DNA of 42,485 nucleotides from a virus (Duplodnaviria; Heunggongvirae; Uroviricota; Caudoviricetes): IMG/VR virus record IMGVR_UViG_2667527777_000006; one strand, 5' to 3'. Shown piece by piece: positions 29,306 to 37,924 of this stretch (position 1 is its first letter; each line of letters starts with the position of its first letter). The notes under the pieces were generated by a model. It saw only the letters and a program-made list of their open reading frames with translations, ran no database searches and was not told where the DNA came from. The position numbers and the translations under genes were made by a program.

Positions 29306-30133
29306 TCAATGAACGGTATCGAGCAGCTTTAACAGCTCAGGGAATCGGGATTCGAAGAAATGCGGCTGCGTCTCGCGCGGATTTGCGGGACTGGTGATGT
29401 TCTTGCCGAACATGCAGCCTTTCGCTGTCAGCGACCAGAATTTTTTGATGTTGTTAATCGAGGTACGGCTGTATCGTTCGCGCTGCTCGACGATCCCCAG
29501 CTTCACCATCTGGTGATATGCCTGATTAGCCGTCAGGCGGATACCATACTGCTTCAGCAGTGCACTCAGCGACAGCGTAGGGCGGCTTGAACCATCTGGC
29601 GCATCAGCAGGTGCATCAATGGCATAGATCGGCATAAGTTCAGGAAGACCAGCTACCTTTGATAATTTCTGGTATGCACCAAGTTTCGAGGAGTTTGACA
29701 GATTTAGAGTCTTTGCTGCTGATTCAAGCAGAATGACCCCGGATTTAATTTTGTCGGATGTGGTTTCTTCTGGTGATGAATTATGAAGCGCATCAAAAGT
29801 ACGTATCACTTTTAAGCTGAATGCCGGGCTGATCCACATTGCATATGCATAGACCAGCTCTTTACAGACATACGTCCCACCATTGCGCCCCTGAATGGTG
29901 ATGACAGGAATACTACGGGAATCTCCCGTAGTTTCTTCTTCCAATAATTCCACAAGAGCCTTCGTTTCAGGACGACGCATAAACTCGTGAACTTCCAGCG
30001 AACGGGAGGAGCGATTCTCACCAGCGGCAAGAAGAGCAGCTTTCTGAAGGTCGTTAAGACAGTAGTTAGATTCGAAGTACTGGCGCACAGAAACGCCATC
30101 AATTACAAGCAACTGATTCATTGGTTTCTCCAC
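29306..30133 (-). CDS. KilA-N domain protein (putative antirepressor/DNA-binding)
   Basis: Segment ...RRPETKALVELLEEETTGDSRSIPVITIQGRNGGTYVCKELVYAYAMWISPAFSLKV resembles the KilA-N/APSES fold. Confidence 0.55.
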   Translation of the reverse strand: MEKPMNQLLVIDGVSVRQYFESNYCLNDLQKAALLAAGENRSSRSLEVHEFMRRPETKALVELLEEETTGDSRSIPVITIQGRNGGTYVCKELVYAYAMWISPAFSLKVIRTFDALHNSSPEETTSDKIKSGVILLESAAKTLNLSNSSKLGAYQKLSKVAGLPELMPIYAIDAPADAPDGSSRPTLSLSALLKQYGIRLTANQAYHQMVKLGIVEQRERYSRTSINNIKKFWSLTAKGCMFGKNITSPANPRETQPHFFESRFPELLKLLDTVH

Positions 30134-30283
30134 AAATTTTTATCCACGAGCGGGACTGCACTCCCTTTTCGTTGATGCAGGATGAACTTACTGCGATTTT
30201 TAATAGTTATCAAGGATATACTGTTCATAAATACAGTATCTTTAACGAGGTAATACCCAAATTTAGGGTGTTGCTCAATTCCG

Positions 30284-30679
30284 TTACCGAGTTGCTAATT
30301 TGCAACTCGCTTTTTCGTACTTACTGATAGTGATCTCGACCTTCCCCTCCGGGATAACCGGTCCCCACTCCACCAGCATTCTTTTCACCTGACTGTCGTC
30401 TTCCCACACACCCGCGTGGGTCAGGGCGTCAAACAGCGCCTTGTTATAGTTGTCCAGATCGCGGATCCGGTTATCCGGAGGAAACAAAACGATCTCCACT
30501 GAAGCAGGTGCCGACGTTGGTTTCGGCAGACGACGTAACTGCTCAACTATTGCTGCGCACGCCGCGCTCTGGAATTTTCACCCCGCCGCGCTTATCAGGC
30601 TCTTACCAGCAAACGCCCCTTTGTTGGGGTGTCGCCAGTACGTGTTCACGCTGGGCGGAAAAGGAAGGATCAGCTTCAT
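30284..30679 (-). pseudogene. rusA: rusA Holliday-junction resolvase with an in-frame TGA at 30578-30580
   Basis: Manual translation from ATG 30679: MKLILPFPPSVNTYWRHPNKGAFAGKSLISAAG-stop-KFQSAACAAIVEQLRRLPKPTSAPAS, continuing into the 71-aa ORF with the catalytic DLDN motif. Confidence 0.75.
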
Positions 30680-31035
30680 ACTTTCAGGCCCCTCTCATGT
30701 AACCAGTGGGCTGCACGCAGCCTGGCGTTTTCCTCACCGGCAAGCAGTGAGCGGATAATCCCGACCGCCTCGCTGTCGTCGTCCTTCACCACGGTATGAA
30801 GCGTGATCCCCCGGGCCACACCACGCTTTATCGTGATGACGCCTTTTTTCTCCAGTGCGCGAAGATGCTCCACCGCTGCATTCACCGAACGGTATCCCAG
30901 CATGGTTGCCACCTCCTGATTGGTTGGCGGGAAGCCACGTTCTTTCTGATAAGAAATCAGCATATCCAGCACCTGCTGCTGGCATTGAGTTAACGTCGTC
31001 ATTACGCCCCCACGTAATTCCCTGACAGATACCAC
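30676..31035 (-). CDS. LexA-like DNA-binding-domain protein lacking the S24 peptidase domain
   Basis: LTQCQQQVLDMLISYQKERGFPPTNQEVATMLGYRSVNAAVEHLRALEKKGVITIKRGVARGITL aligns with the LexA N-terminal winged helix; the C-terminus is short and unrelated to the protease domain. Confidence 0.7.
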   Translation of the reverse strand: MVSVRELRGGVMTTLTQCQQQVLDMLISYQKERGFPPTNQEVATMLGYRSVNAAVEHLRALEKKGVITIKRGVARGITLHTVVKDDDSEAVGIIRSLLAGEENARLRAAHWLHERGLKV

Positions 31036-31496
31036 TCATCACTCGATACAGCGCGCTTGCTGCTTTTCCGTAAACACTGCTCACGACGCGCCAGAAAATT
31101 GTTTCGTTCTGGCTGGGAGTGGCTTTCACGGAATGCCGCCATCCACACCGTTGCAGCACGACGGTATAAGCCCCTGGACTCCAGTTCTTCAGCCTGGCGG
31201 GTCAGGCACAAAATCTCCCGCGGGTCGTTAGTGCCGACATAGAAATTGCGCACAGGTCTGGTTTCACGAACTGGTTGCGGTTCCGCCTCCTGCGCTCTCT
31301 CAGTCAGGCGCGGGAAATGTCTGCGTGTATCCCCTTCACAACGGTGAGCCACACGCCCACTCTGACGTAACTTGCTTGCTGACTGCAGAACGCGCTGCCG
31401 TGAGTAACCTGCAAAAGCATCCGCAATGTCTCCGGAAGTACACCCCGGATGGGCTTCAATGTATTTCTGAACTTCATTCAAAAGACTCATGATCAC
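31002..31496 (-). CDS. PerC-family transcriptional activator-like protein
   Basis: Motif ESRGLYRRAATVWMAAF, similar to the PerC signature as recalled. Confidence 0.5.
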   Translation of the reverse strand: MIMSLLNEVQKYIEAHPGCTSGDIADAFAGYSRQRVLQSASKLRQSGRVAHRCEGDTRRHFPRLTERAQEAEPQPVRETRPVRNFYVGTNDPREILCLTRQAEELESRGLYRRAATVWMAAFRESHSQPERNNFLARREQCLRKSSKRAVSSDEWYLSGNYVGA

Positions 31497-32434
31497 CCCC
31501 TGAATCCTGCCGGGATCTGGCTGTAGTCCACGTTGTCGTAACTGGCTTTGAAGTACGGGTCTTCGCGTTTTTCTGTGTACGTGCTGACGGACGGCGATAA
31601 GCGCAGGGAAAGCTCATCCCATTTTTCCCGCAGCTTCGACGGGCTGAGCACGTTACGGCACCAGAACGGATCGCGGCTGACGCGGCTGTACATCTCGCAG
31701 ATTTGTTTGTGAGTACGACCATCCTGCACACACATCAGGCGAATTTCGTTTGCCCAGGCTGTCCAGTTCGGTTCTTTGGGACGAACCACCTCGCCGTCAC
31801 ATTCGGCGGCCTGCTCGTACAGGGCGATGATTTTTTTCCAGAGCCACTGTGCGCAGGTCAAATCATCCTGCGTTCCCCACTGGCGCTTTTTAGGGCTGAA
31901 TACAACCGCATCAGGATGGCGAGTTAAAAACTCCTGTTCAGCCGTCTGCGTGTCCGGTTGCGAAGCGTCCGGACGAGAAGTTTTTTTATCTGACGGATCA
32001 TGTTTTGATTTTACTGACGGATCCCCGCCAGATTCTGACGGGTGAAAACCCGCTTTTTTGCCAGATTTCGACGCATCAAATTTTGACGGGTCAGATTTTG
32101 ATGCGTCAGATTTTGACGGGTCAGAATCTGACAGTTGAGAAAATGCCGCTGCCTGAAGCTTCGCAACGTTAAGCTGATAAACATTCGACGCATTGCGGTT
32201 ACCCTGGCGACGCGCCTTACGCGTTAACCAGCCTTCTGCTTCCAGCCGTGCGATAGCCGTTCTGACGGTACTCATCCCCGCGCCAATCTGACGGGCAATG
32301 GTTTCAATTGATGGCCAGCACACACCTTCGTCATTACTGAAATCAGCCAGGCGGGCCATAATTGCCACGCTGGATAATTTCATGCCTGACGCTGCGCAAC
32401 CATCCCATACATAGCCGGTTAATTTAGTGCTCAT
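31493..32434 (-). CDS. Replication initiation protein (O-like, HTH N-terminal domain) with an internal iteron array
   Basis: N-terminal HTH (SIETIARQIGAGMSTVRTAIARLEAEGWL); central repetitive DPSKSDASKSDPSKFDASKS encoded by DNA repeats. Confidence 0.7.
   Translation of the reverse strand: MSTKLTGYVWDGCAASGMKLSSVAIMARLADFSNDEGVCWPSIETIARQIGAGMSTVRTAIARLEAEGWLTRKARRQGNRNASNVYQLNVAKLQAAAFSQLSDSDPSKSDASKSDPSKFDASKSGKKAGFHPSESGGDPSVKSKHDPSDKKTSRPDASQPDTQTAEQEFLTRHPDAVVFSPKKRQWGTQDDLTCAQWLWKKIIALYEQAAECDGEVVRPKEPNWTAWANEIRLMCVQDGRTHKQICEMYSRVSRDPFWCRNVLSPSKLREKWDELSLRLSPSVSTYTEKREDPYFKASYDNVDYSQIPAGFRG
31989..32135. repeat. Iteron-like direct repeats (candidate replication origin) inside the O-like gene
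   Basis: At least five copies of a TGACGG-centred motif (cagattttGACGGgtca) at 15-30 bp spacing. Confidence 0.6.
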
Positions 32435-32778
32435 GACCGACCTCTATTTCCCTGAATTTACGACGAAACTGTTCGAGCGGGCTGAAGCACTCATGCTCAT
32501 AGCCTTCACGGAGGTAGATAACCCGTTGTGTTTCCGGCTCCCAACGAATGACTCTGACGGGCACTCCGTAGTGATCTTTGAACCAGCGATTAACTTGTCG
32601 CAAAGGACTGTCTCCTTCTGCCGGTTGAAATCCCCCACAGCCCACTCTGCAAAGCTGTGGGTTACAATTTCCCTGTCACCTGGTACATTCACTGCATAGC
32701 AATACTCCACCTTCGCTTTTCCACCCGGTACAGGAAGCGCAATCAGTTGCGAGCGACGGTAGTGTGTTGTTAAACTGT

Positions 32779-33342
32779 TCATGCGTTAGTTTCTCCACAG
32801 TCACGACACGCCACGGCGCCCGGAGCTGCACACTCGCGGGCGTCATTACTTTCTGAAATGCAAAAAATTTTGTAGACCAGTGCTGCATGCTCCTGCAGCT
32901 TCGAAATTGAGAGGTACAGCTCGTCGTTAATTGCTGTCTTCTCATGCGGTTCCACTACACCGTCTTCGATTGCTGAACGAATCTGTTTTGAATAACTGCC
33001 GATCTGTTCAATGACTTCCAGCAGACGCTGGTTAATATCGGCGTTGTCCACATCCTCGACGTCAGGAAGAGACACAAAGACGCCATTTGCAGACTGCGCC
33101 ACAGCGTCAGCAATGAAGTGAGTTCCACCAGCACGTTGCAAAATCATTGCCCATCCCAGCGGGAAAATCTGATCGCCATCGGCACGAAGGCGGTTAAATA
33201 ATGCGTTCTCTGTTACATCCAGCCAGTCAGCTGCTTCAGCGTAACCACCCGGCAACTTTGCGATAGTTTTTCTGACAGCTTTCACGTACCACTCAGGCTG
33301 TTTTTCTACTTTCCAGTGATGCTTACCCACGGTTAGCCTCAT
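32779..33342 (-). CDS. Early regulatory protein (cII-like / YdaT-like), downstream of cro
   Basis: 187 aa in the position of cII after cro; ends in a Cys cluster ([13 protein letters not shown]). Confidence 0.45.
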   Translation of the reverse strand: MRLTVGKHHWKVEKQPEWYVKAVRKTIAKLPGGYAEAADWLDVTENALFNRLRADGDQIFPLGWAMILQRAGGTHFIADAVAQSANGVFVSLPDVEDVDNADINQRLLEVIEQIGSYSKQIRSAIEDGVVEPHEKTAINDELYLSISKLQEHAALVYKIFCISESNDARECAAPGAVACRDCGETNA

Positions 33343-33373
33343 CGTTCTGTGGTTAAAAATTGAAAGTGTTCTG

Positions 33374-33598
33374 CTAATCTTTCGGATAGATATCCGGTCT
33401 TAAGTCAGATTTCGTAATTGCACCTGACGTGCATTGCTCAAGTTTTTTAGCCAGCACAAAACTGGCTTTTTTATAGCCATTGAAAACCAGCCGTAAGTAG
33501 CCAGGTGTTGAGCCAACTTTTCCGGCCAACTCGCCCTGCTGTTCTTTGGTTAAAGAGTCCCAATACGCTTTCATACAATATGTACCTCCGGTGTACAT
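33374..33598 (-). CDS. cro: Cro-like repressor (HTH)
   Basis: 74 aa, divergent from cI with an operator palindrome between them. Confidence 0.7.
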   Translation of the reverse strand: MYTGGTYCMKAYWDSLTKEQQGELAGKVGSTPGYLRLVFNGYKKASFVLAKKLEQCTSGAITKSDLRPDIYPKD

Positions 33599-33628
33599 AT
33601 TACATGATTAAAATGAACCTTCAAGATA

Positions 33629-33649
33629 CTTGTACCTTAACGGTACAAG
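33629..33649. promoter_or_regulatory. Operator palindrome in the cI-cro intergenic region
   Basis: CTTGTACC-ttaac-GGTACAAG, perfect 8-bp arms. Confidence 0.6.
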
Positions 33650-33664
33650 GGTTTTAATTTCGTT

Positions 33665-34339
33665 ATGAAAACAATCCATGACATCCGGCGGTCTAACGCC
33701 AGAAAACTGAGAGATGGTGTTGGCGGGAATTCTTCCTTTGCCACTATGATTGATCGCGAGCCAACCCAGACCAGCAGGTTTATGGGAGATGGTGCTACTA
33801 AAAATATCGGTGACAGCATGGCACGACACATCGAAAAATGTTTCGACCTGCCTGTTGGATGGCTCGATCAAGAACACCAGACAACGAACATCACAAAAAA
33901 ACCTGATGTTTCAATCACTAATAAACAAATCACATTAGTCCCTGTCATATCATGGGTACAGGCCGGAGCATGGAAAGAAGTTGGATATTCTGAGGTTGAT
34001 TTGAGCACAGCAGAAACGTATCCCTGCCCTGTACCCTGTGGGGAAATGACTTATATCTTGCGGGTGATAGGTGATTCAATGATTGATGAGTACCGCCCGG
34101 GAGACATGATTTTTGTCGATCCTGAAGTACCAGCCTGCCACGGTGACGACGTTATTGCATTGATGCACGATACAGGTGAAACCACCTTCAAAAGGTTGAT
34201 AGAAGATGGGACACAGCGTTATCTCAAAGCGTTAAACCCAAACTGGCCTGAGCCTTACATTAAGATCAACGGTAATTGCTCTATAATTGGAACTGTGATT
34301 TTCTCAGGAAAACCAAGAAGATACAAAATCAAAGCCTAA
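33665..34339 (+). CDS. cI: CI-type prophage repressor (HTH plus S24 LexA-like autopeptidase)
   Basis: 224 aa; C-terminal S24 domain with VIGDSM and the following Lys region. Confidence 0.85.
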   Translation: MKTIHDIRRSNARKLRDGVGGNSSFATMIDREPTQTSRFMGDGATKNIGDSMARHIEKCFDLPVGWLDQEHQTTNITKKPDVSITNKQITLVPVISWVQAGAWKEVGYSEVDLSTAETYPCPVPCGEMTYILRVIGDSMIDEYRPGDMIFVDPEVPACHGDDVIALMHDTGETTFKRLIEDGTQRYLKALNPNWPEPYIKINGNCSIIGTVIFSGKPRRYKIKA

Positions 34340-34351
34340 TCAATGTTTATG

Positions 34352-34375
34352 AACCTGCTTCGGCAGGTTTTTTTA
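34352..34375 (+). terminator. Rho-independent terminator after cI
   Basis: aacctgc-ttcg-gcaggtt followed by a T-run. Confidence 0.7.
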
Positions 34376-34378
34376 TAC

Positions 34379-34407
34379 TTGACAATGTACCCATGAGATA
34401 CATAATG
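34379..34407 (+). promoter_or_regulatory. Sigma70-type promoter (pL-like) with repeated TGTACCC motifs
   Basis: TTGACA at 34379-34384, 16-17 nt spacer, CATAAT/ATAATG; two copies of aTGTACCCa overlap the promoter. Confidence 0.5.
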
Positions 34408-34573
34408 TACCCAAGAGAAACAACGAACAGGCAGGACGCCCACGAAGTAGCCGCCTGGGGCATATAAAGTCTAGGGTGATTCGTTAGCAACAAAAAAGCG
34501 CCCTACAGGACGCTTAGCTCTTTAACAATCTGGTCCCCATCAACAAGTAACTGATAACTTGAGGAGGTGTGAA

Positions 34574-34780
34574 ATGCACAAAACAGAACCCAAAATCGTC
34601 GCGCCCGGATACACAAATGAGGAAATTTACGAGTGGATGGCAAAGAAGCTGGCAGCTATAAACCAGCTTCGTGAAGTGCTGTCTTATCGACAGGAAACAA
34701 TAGACTCCTTAAAAAAACTGGATCAGGAAATCACGGTTTTATCACAGGATGTTACTTTAGATATTGTGCAGACAAATTAG
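34574..34780 (+). CDS. Small hypothetical protein (68 aa), coiled-coil-like
   Basis: Strong SD GAGGAGG 6 nt upstream of the ATG; translation MHKTEPKIVAPGYTNEEIYEWMAKKLAAINQLREVLSYRQETIDSLKKLDQEITVLSQDVTLDIVQTN. Confidence 0.55.
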   Translation: MHKTEPKIVAPGYTNEEIYEWMAKKLAAINQLREVLSYRQETIDSLKKLDQEITVLSQDVTLDIVQTN

Positions 34781-35186
34781 GATCCCATTCATTTTCGTCA
34801 AAATCATCAAAGTGATGAATTTGTGATCTCCAGTCTCGATAATCTAAAAATTTCTGGGCGGTTACGCTTATTTTATCAAGTGTGAGTTCATCCTGAATTG
34901 AAAGAAGAAGTTCATCAAATTTCATCTCATTAATCTGTTTTGGCATCCAGTGATGCTTCATCAGAATAAGGTGAACCAGAGCCTTTTTCCCATTCAACTG
35001 ATTATAGGGAGTGCCGAATTTCTTCCGGTGCTCATGTAAGACAAGGTCCAGAAGAGTAAGTAATGTTGCCCTTGATTCCACTTTGCTTATTTCGACTGAT
35101 GACACTACCCCACTGATTTCAATGCCCCGATACTTTCCAACATTTTCACAGTGGGATTTGTACAGCGTGTAGATATTACCGGACAT
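34752..35186 (-). CDS. Hypothetical protein (144 aa), oriented opposite to the cI/early-left operon
   Basis: AT-rich ORF; its 3' end overlaps the small plus-strand ORF by about 29 nt; no family recognised. Confidence 0.5.
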   Translation of the reverse strand: MSGNIYTLYKSHCENVGKYRGIEISGVVSSVEISKVESRATLLTLLDLVLHEHRKKFGTPYNQLNGKKALVHLILMKHHWMPKQINEMKFDELLLSIQDELTLDKISVTAQKFLDYRDWRSQIHHFDDFDENEWDPNLSAQYLK

Positions 35187-35473
35187 TTCTTTTCCTTTTG
35201 CGTTGTTGGGGATAACCAGATTAACCGAATCCTTGTTGTTGGGAAATAACCAGGTCCACCTCGCCTGATGTGGATAAAAGCAGGCACATAACAGCTAAGT
35301 ATTTTTAACCAGAGAGAATCCTTAGCGTTGTGGTGAATGCGGCTCAGCGCACGCGGGTTAAGGTTGAGGCTGACAGTCGACCTTCTGTGGATACCCACCC
35401 GTCTGGTGTGCAACCTTCGCCAGGCACCGGGAGGCACCCGGCACCACAACTTTATGCTGTGTGTAGTCCTGGA

Positions 35474-35608
35474 GGTACCAGTTTGTACCCTTGCTTCCGG
35501 CTGGTACCGTCCTTTTTACAAAACAGAGAAGAGCATCACCGGACGACGGGCTCATAACCCAATCCATCCGGGCGGCTGCCACCGCAGGTGTTCTTCTCTG
35601 TTTTGTGG
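35474..35608. promoter_or_regulatory. GC-rich structured non-coding region with two inverted repeats upstream of the yfdP-like gene
   Basis: GGTACCAG...CTGGTACC (35474-35508) and a 15-bp perfect inverted repeat ACAAAACAGAGAAGA (35518-35532) / TCTTCTCTGTTTTGT (35592-35606). Confidence 0.45.
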
Positions 35609-35655
35609 AGAAACTAATCGGCCTTGCAGGGTCGATATGATGAGGAGCAGCAAAA

Positions 35656-36017
35656 TGGCTAGCGAACGCAGTACTGATGTGCAGGCATTTATCGGGGAGC
35701 TGGACGGCGGCGTATTTGAAACCAAAATCGGCGCAGTTCTCAGTGAAGTCGCTTCCGGTGTGATGAACACGAAAACCAAAGGTAAGGTCTCACTCAACCT
35801 GGAAATCGAACCATTTGATGAGAACCGTGTGAAAATCAAACACAAACTCTCATATGTTCGCCCGACTAACCGCGGGAAAATTTCCGAAGAAGACACCACC
35901 GAAACGCCGATGTATGTCAATCGCGGTGGTCGCCTGACTATTCTGCAGGAAGACCAGGGACAGTTACTGACTCTTGCCGGTGAACCTGACGGAAAACTCC
36001 GCGCAGCAGGTCGTTAA
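35656..36017 (+). CDS. YfdP-like prophage protein
   Basis: 120 aa starting MASERSTDVQAFIGELDGG; precedes the YfdQ-like gene as in CPS-53. Confidence 0.5.
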
Positions 36018-36082
36018 TATCGTTTTTAATTAACTGATTATTTATCTCATCACTGAATATCTTTATATAGTGAGGACTTATT

Positions 36083-36907
36083 ATGTCTCAGAACTTAGAC
36101 GCAACCGCAATTAATCAAATCCATGCCCTTATTTCTGCTCAGGGTGTTAATGAAATTATCAGTAAGATTGGTGCCGATGCTGTGGCATTGCCTGAGAATT
36201 TCCGCATTCATGATCTGGAAAAATTTAATTTAAATCGCTTCCGTTTCCGTGGTGCGCTTTCCACTGCCAGCATCGATGACTTTACCCGTTATTCTAAAGA
36301 TCTTGCAGATGAAGGCACCCGCTGCTTTATCGATGCTGATAATATGCGTGCCGTCAGTGTGCTTAACCTGGGTACTATTGATGAACCAGGTCACGCAGAT
36401 AACACCGCCACACTCAAACTGAAAAAGACAGCACCGTTCTCTGCTCTGTTGTCTGTTAACGGCGAGCGTAACTCCCAGAAGTCACTGGCAGAATGGATTG
36501 AAGACTGGGCCGACTATCTTGTGGGCTTTGATGCTAATGGTGACGCTATTCAGGCAACAAAAGCGGCTGCGGCTGTCCGTAAAATCACGATTGAAGCAAA
36601 CCAGACCGCTGATTTTGAAGATAATGACTTCAGCGGCAAACGCTCCCTGATGGAGTCTGTCGAAGCGAAGACCAAAGACATTATGCCAGTGGCATTTGAA
36701 TTTAAATGCGTTCCGTTTGAAGGTCTGAAAGAACGTCCGTTTAAATTACGCCTCAGTATTATCACTGGCGATCGTCCTGTACTGGTTCTGCGCATTATTC
36801 AGCTGGAGGCGGTGCAGGAAGAAATGGCTAACGAATTTCGTGATCTGCTTGTTGAGAAATTCAAGGACAGCAAAGTAGAAACCTTTATTGGTACTTTCAC
36901 CGCCTGA
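36083..36907 (+). CDS. YfdQ-like (DUF2303) prophage protein
   Basis: 274 aa, same length and gene order as the CPS-53 yfdQ neighbourhood. Confidence 0.6.
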   Translation: MSQNLDATAINQIHALISAQGVNEIISKIGADAVALPENFRIHDLEKFNLNRFRFRGALSTASIDDFTRYSKDLADEGTRCFIDADNMRAVSVLNLGTIDEPGHADNTATLKLKKTAPFSALLSVNGERNSQKSLAEWIEDWADYLVGFDANGDAIQATKAAAAVRKITIEANQTADFEDNDFSGKRSLMESVEAKTKDIMPVAFEFKCVPFEGLKERPFKLRLSIITGDRPVLVLRIIQLEAVQEEMANEFRDLLVEKFKDSKVETFIGTFTA

Positions 36908-37007
36908 TTTCATTACTGCAAATGCCCCTGCGGGGGCATTTATGGAAACGTAATTTACTCAATAATCGCCGGATGGTGAGGGATTCTTTTTACCAGAATT
37001 CAGCGCG

Positions 37008-37571
37008 GTGCAGCGCATATACGTGGAGAACAAAATGTCATTTATTAAAACTTTTTCCGGGAAGCATTTTTATTATGACAGGATAAATAAAGACGACATC
37101 GATATTAACGATATCGCGGTTTCCCTTTCAAATATCTGTCGCTTTGCCGGTCATCTTTCGCACTTCTACAGCGTCGCCCAACATGCGGTTCTTTGCAGCC
37201 AGTTGGTGCCGCAGGAATTTGCTTTTGAAGCGTTAATGCATGATGCAACAGAAGCGTATTGCCAGGACATTCCCGCACCACTGAAACGCCTTCTTCCTGA
37301 CTATAAACAAATGGAAGAAAAAATAGACGCCGTAATCCGTGAGAAATACGGGTTACCCCCAGTTATGAGTACGCCCGTGAAATATGCCGATCTCATCATG
37401 CTGGCAACCGAACGCCGCGATCTCGGGCTTGATGATGGCTCTTTCTGGCCTGTACTGGAAGGTATCCCGGCAACAGAGATGTTCAACGTGATTCCACTGG
37501 CACCGGGCCATGCCTACGGGATGTTTATGGAACGCTTTAACGAGTTATCGGAGTTACGCAAATGCGCATGA
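37008..37571 (+). CDS. HD-domain 5'-deoxynucleotidase, YfdR-like (true start probably ATG 37035)
   Basis: HD motif region ...HHAVLCSQ...LMHDATEAYCQDIPAPLK. Confidence 0.65.
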   Translation: MQRIYVENKMSFIKTFSGKHFYYDRINKDDIDINDIAVSLSNICRFAGHLSHFYSVAQHAVLCSQLVPQEFAFEALMHDATEAYCQDIPAPLKRLLPDYKQMEEKIDAVIREKYGLPPVMSTPVKYADLIMLATERRDLGLDDGSFWPVLEGIPATEMFNVIPLAPGHAYGMFMERFNELSELRKCA

Positions 37572-37924
37572 ATGTTTTCGAAATGGAAGGGTTTCTTCGT
37601 GGGAGATGTGTACCGCGAGATCTGAAAGTAAATGAAACAGATGCTGAATACCTGGTGCGTAAATTCGATGCGCTTGAAGCTAAATGTGCAGCACAGGAAA
37701 ACAAAGTAATACCAGTGTCAACTGAACTGCCACCAGCAAATGAAAGTGTTTTGTTATTCGATGCTAACGGAGAAGGCTGGCTAATTGGCTGGCGTTCTCT
37801 CTGGTACACCTGGGGACAAAAAGAAACCGGAGAATGGCAGTGGACATTTCAGGTCGGGGACCTTGAAAACGTCAATATCACTCACTGGGCAGTAATGCCA
37901 AAAGCACCGGAGGCTGGAGCATAA
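37562..37924 (+). CDS. YfdS-like (DUF551) prophage protein
   Basis: 120 aa, overlaps neighbours in an operon arrangement. Confidence 0.5.
   Translation: MRMNVFEMEGFLRGRCVPRDLKVNETDAEYLVRKFDALEAKCAAQENKVIPVSTELPPANESVLLFDANGEGWLIGWRSLWYTWGQKETGEWQWTFQVGDLENVNITHWAVMPKAPEAGA

Noticed and set aside
30450-30758. 102-aa plus-strand ORF over rusA
   Set aside because: Antisense shadow of the rusA reading frame; Gly/Arg-rich and without a start context.
35337-36017. 226-aa plus-strand ORF spanning the structured region
   Set aside because: Its N-terminal 100 codons overlap two other ORFs and the inverted-repeat region, and lack an RBS; the real gene most likely starts at ATG 35656.
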